Shown here piece by piece: positions 59,844 to 64,000 of a DNA stretch of 64,000 nucleotides. The notes under the pieces are model-generated. The model searched no databases. It saw only the letters and a program-made list of their open reading frames with translations, and had not been told where the DNA came from. Both the position numbers and the translations under genes were made by a program. Position 1 is the first letter of the stretch; each line of letters opens with the position of its first letter. Source of the DNA: Betaproteobacteria bacterium (GTDB lineage: Bacteria > Pseudomonadota > Gammaproteobacteria > Burkholderiales > SG8-39); the NCBI GenBank assembly GCA_005881575.1, contig VBCA01000006.1, forward strand, positions 15,954-79,953, written 5' to 3'.

Positions 59844-61202
59844 ATGTCATCCATGACTCCCCAGGAAATCGTCCACGAGCTGGACAAGCACATCGTCGGC
59901 CAGACCCGCGCAAAGCGCGCCGTGGCGATCGCCCTCAGAAACCGCTGGCGGCGCCAGCAGGTGGCCGAGCCTCTGCGGCAGGAGATCACGCCCAAGAACA
60001 TCCTCATGATCGGACCTACGGGCGTGGGAAAGACCGAGATCGCGCGTCGCCTCGCTCGCCTCGCGGATGCGCCTTTCATCAAGGTCGAAGCGACCAAGTT
60101 CACCGAGGTGGGCTATGTCGGCCGCGACGTCGATACGATCGTCCGCGACCTCGTCGAAATCTCGATTAAGGACACTCGCGAAGCGGCGACGAAGAAAGTG
60201 CGACGCAGAGCCGAGGATTCGGCCGAAGAACGGGTGCTCGATGTCCTGCTCCCCTCCGCACGCCGGCCGGGCGCCTTCGCGGCGAACGGTGCCGAGCTTC
60301 CGGCCGGCACCGTCGGCGAGGAAGAGTCCGCGACGCGGCAGAAGTTCCGCAAGAGACTGCGCGAGGGCGAGCTCGACGACAGGGAGGTCGAAATCGAAGT
60401 GTCGGCGCCGCAGGCGCACATGGAGATATTCGCCCCGCCGGGGATGGAGGAGCTGACGCAGCAGATCCAGGGCATGTTTCAGAATCTGGGCGGCAACAGG
60501 AGAAAACTTCGCAGGATGAAGATCCGCGAAGCGATGAGGATGCTCACCGACGATGAGGCGGCTCGCCTTGTCAACGAGGAGGACCTGCGTGCGAAGGCGC
60601 TCGCCAACGTCGAGCAGAACGGCATCGTGTTTCTGGACGAGATCGACAAGATCGCGAGCCGCGGGGAAACGGCCGGCCCCGACGTTTCGCGGCAAGGCGT
60701 GCAGCGGGACCTGCTCCCCCTCGTGGAGGGCACCACGGTCTCCACCAAGTACGGAATGGTGAAAACCGACCATATACTCTTCATCGCGAGCGGAGCGTTT
60801 CATCTTTCCAAACCCTCGGACCTGATTCCAGAGCTGCAGGGACGCTTCCCCATTCGCGTCGAGCTGGATTCGCTTTCGGTGGAGGATTTCGAGCGAATCC
60901 TCACGGCGACCGACGCCTGCCTCACCCGCCAGTACCAGGCGCTCCTCGCCACCGAGGCGGTCGAGGTCTGCTTCGTGCCGGACGGGATCCGGCGTCTCGC
61001 CGAGATCGCCTGGTCGGTGAATGAAAAAACCGAGAACATCGGCGCGCGGCGTCTTTACACGGTAATGGAGAAGCTGCTGGAGGAGATTTCGTTCGATGCG
61101 GGCAACCGTGGCGGGGAGAGCTTCAGGATCGACGCCGCCTTCGTCGATGCGAAACTCAAGGAGCTTGCGCAAAGCGAGGACCTCGCGCGCTACGTGCTGT
61201 GA
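59844..61202 (+). CDS. hslU: ATP-dependent protease ATPase subunit
   Basis: [36 protein letters not shown]. Confidence 0.97.
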   Translation: MSSMTPQEIVHELDKHIVGQTRAKRAVAIALRNRWRRQQVAEPLRQEITPKNILMIGPTGVGKTEIARRLARLADAPFIKVEATKFTEVGYVGRDVDTIVRDLVEISIKDTREAATKKVRRRAEDSAEERVLDVLLPSARRPGAFAANGAELPAGTVGEEESATRQKFRKRLREGELDDREVEIEVSAPQAHMEIFAPPGMEELTQQIQGMFQNLGGNRRKLRRMKIREAMRMLTDDEAARLVNEEDLRAKALANVEQNGIVFLDEIDKIASRGETAGPDVSRQGVQRDLLPLVEGTTVSTKYGMVKTDHILFIASGAFHLSKPSDLIPELQGRFPIRVELDSLSVEDFERILTATDACLTRQYQALLATEAVEVCFVPDGIRRLAEIAWSVNEKTENIGARRLYTVMEKLLEEISFDAGNRGGESFRIDAAFVDAKLKELAQSEDLARYVL

Positions 61203-61212
61203 CGGTTTGAAG

Positions 61213-61662
61213 ATGCGGACGGTGATAAGAGCGCTCCTCGCTGTGTTGTTCCTTGCCGCCGCAGCGGGCGCGCACGGACAGGTCGAGGCAAGAGGCGCAT
61301 GGGTGCGCGGGACGGTGCTCGGCCAGACGACCGCCGGGGCCTACATGGAGCTCACGAGCGATCGGCGCGCGAGCCTCCTCGGCGCGGAAAGCCCGGCCGC
61401 CGGCAGTGCGGAAATCCACGAAATGAGAATGGACGGCAACGTGATGCGCATGCGCGCGGTGCCGAGGCTGGAACTCCCTCCCGGCAAGACCGTCGAGCTC
61501 AAGCCGGGCGGCCACCACATGATGCTGGTTGACCTGAAGCGGCCGCTGAAAAAGGGAGACCTCGTGCCCATCAGGCTCAAGGTCGAGCTGAGTGACAAAA
61601 CGATCAAGACGATTCGGGTCCTGGCCGAAGTCAGGGACCTCGCCGCGACCGGCCGTCCCTGA
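61213..61662 (+). CDS. Copper chaperone PCu(A)C
   Basis: Signal peptide. AWVR, GAYM, EIHEM..MRM, LKPGGHHMML. Confidence 0.9.
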   Translation: MRTVIRALLAVLFLAAAAGAHGQVEARGAWVRGTVLGQTTAGAYMELTSDRRASLLGAESPAAGSAEIHEMRMDGNVMRMRAVPRLELPPGKTVELKPGGHHMMLVDLKRPLKKGDLVPIRLKVELSDKTIKTIRVLAEVRDLAATGRP

Positions 61663-61665
61663 GGG

Positions 61666-61836
61666 CTAAGGGCTTTCGTCTTCGATCGACTCTTCGAGAC
61701 AGCGGGGGCAGTAGCAGCCTGAACCGGGGGTCGGAGCGGACAGCGCCGGGAATTCCCCGCACCAGCAATGCGCCCGACCTGTCTGCGCTCCGCATTCGAA
61801 CACGTCGCCGCAGCGTGCGCAGTGGCTGGCTTGCAA
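61666..61836 (-). CDS. Cysteine-rich CWC family protein
   Basis: CARCGDVFECG..HCWC..GCYCPRCL. TTG start at 61836 with GAAGGAGG upstream. Confidence 0.7.
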   Translation of the reverse strand: MQASHCARCGDVFECGAQTGRAHCWCGEFPALSAPTPGSGCYCPRCLEESIEDESP

Positions 61837-61910
61837 TGCCTCCTTCGAGCGGGAGCCCGGCCTCACGGTGGCGCCCAATCTAGCCGCTTCGCGCAAGGCT
61901 CGCAAGCGCG

Positions 61911-61938
61911 CTTGAAATCCTCGGCACGATCCCCATAT
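61911..61938 (+). promoter_or_regulatory. Sigma32 (RpoH) promoter of hsp20
   Basis: CTTGAA-N14-CCCCATAT, matching the consensus. Confidence 0.85.
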
Positions 61939-61984
61939 CTGCGGTACGCGGGCTCTTGCCCGGAACGAACAGAAGGAGAGAATC

Positions 61985-63398
<1,414 letters not shown>

Positions 63399-63510
63399 GC
63401 GGGGGATCCAGGATTGCACTGACTGCCGGGAAGATCGCAGTGGGACCCGGTAGCGAGCACTTACCCGGAGTCATACAATAAGCATCCTGCCGTCCGCCCC
63501 GGAGTACGCC

Positions 63511-64000
63511 ATGCCCGCCGTGAAGCCCGGTGCCCGCCGCCTGCAGATCCTGCAGGTGCTGGCACGGATGCTCGAGAACCCGAAGGGAGAGAAAGTGACG
63601 ACCGCGGCTCTGGCCAAGGAGCTCGACGTGTCCGAAGCCGCGCTCTACCGGCACTTCGCGAGCAAGGCGCAGATGTTCGAGGGCCTGATCGAATTCATCG
63701 AGCAGACGCTGTTCGGCCTGGTGAACAAGATCACCGCGGAAGAGGAGAACGGCCTGAAGCAGGTCCAGGCGATCCTCTCCTCGCTCCTCAGCTTCGCCGA
63801 GAAAAACCCGGGGATGACGCGCGTGCTGGTCGGCGACGCGCTGGTCAACGAGGACGAGCGGCTCCAAGTCCGCATCAACCAGCTGCACGACCGCCTCGAG
63901 GCGACGCTCAAGCAGTGCCTGCGCGTGGCGGGGACGCAAGGACACGACACCGGATCCCAGCCTCCCGCCGATCCAGCTCCTCAGGCCAATCTGATGCTTT
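63511..64000 (+). CDS. slmA: Nucleoid occlusion factor SlmA (TetR family; runs off the window end)
   Basis: Manual translation: MPAVKPGARRLQILQVLARMLENPKGEKVTTAALAKELDVSEAALYRHFASKAQMFEGLIEFIE. Confidence 0.9.
   Translation, partial: MPAVKPGARRLQILQVLARMLENPKGEKVTTAALAKELDVSEAALYRHFASKAQMFEGLIEFIEQTLFGLVNKITAEEENGLKQVQAILSSLLSFAEKNPGMTRVLVGDALVNEDERLQVRINQLHDRLEATLKQCLRVAGTQGHDTGSQPPADPAPQANLML

Overview
This is a high-GC bacterial chromosomal window whose gene content and order resemble Betaproteobacteria. The housekeeping backbone comprises fau/slt/cca, midA-folM-ttcA, a cys sulfate-assimilation operon with cysB, metK, ahcY under an SAH riboswitch, two lpxL paralogues, dapF-DUF484-xerC-rlmI-COG0523-dksA, STAS-hslVU, hsp20, argB and slmA. 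Accessory-looking blocks interrupt it. (1) A redox cluster: GST, dihaem cytochrome, RclA-like flavoprotein, Met-rich peptide and an MsrPQ-like pair. (2) A chimeric pseudogene followed by an unusual Cro/YdaS-HTH::class V aminotransferase fusion with an upstream palindrome and an internal RBS. (3) A TetR-RND efflux-monooxygenase operon. (4) An ~8.8 kb Wzx flippase + A-T-C-A-T-TE NRPS + Sfp PPTase block with a non-canonical TE (Cys nucleophile, no His) and no glycosyltransferases. (5) A metal-uptake operon preceded by a DUF2946-like leader ending in a RAPP arrest motif, whose last codons are complementary to the Shine-Dalgarno of the next gene, suggesting a stalling-controlled translational switch. 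I saw no rRNA, tRNA, CRISPR array or transposase. All calls come from motif recognition by eye; no database searches were run.
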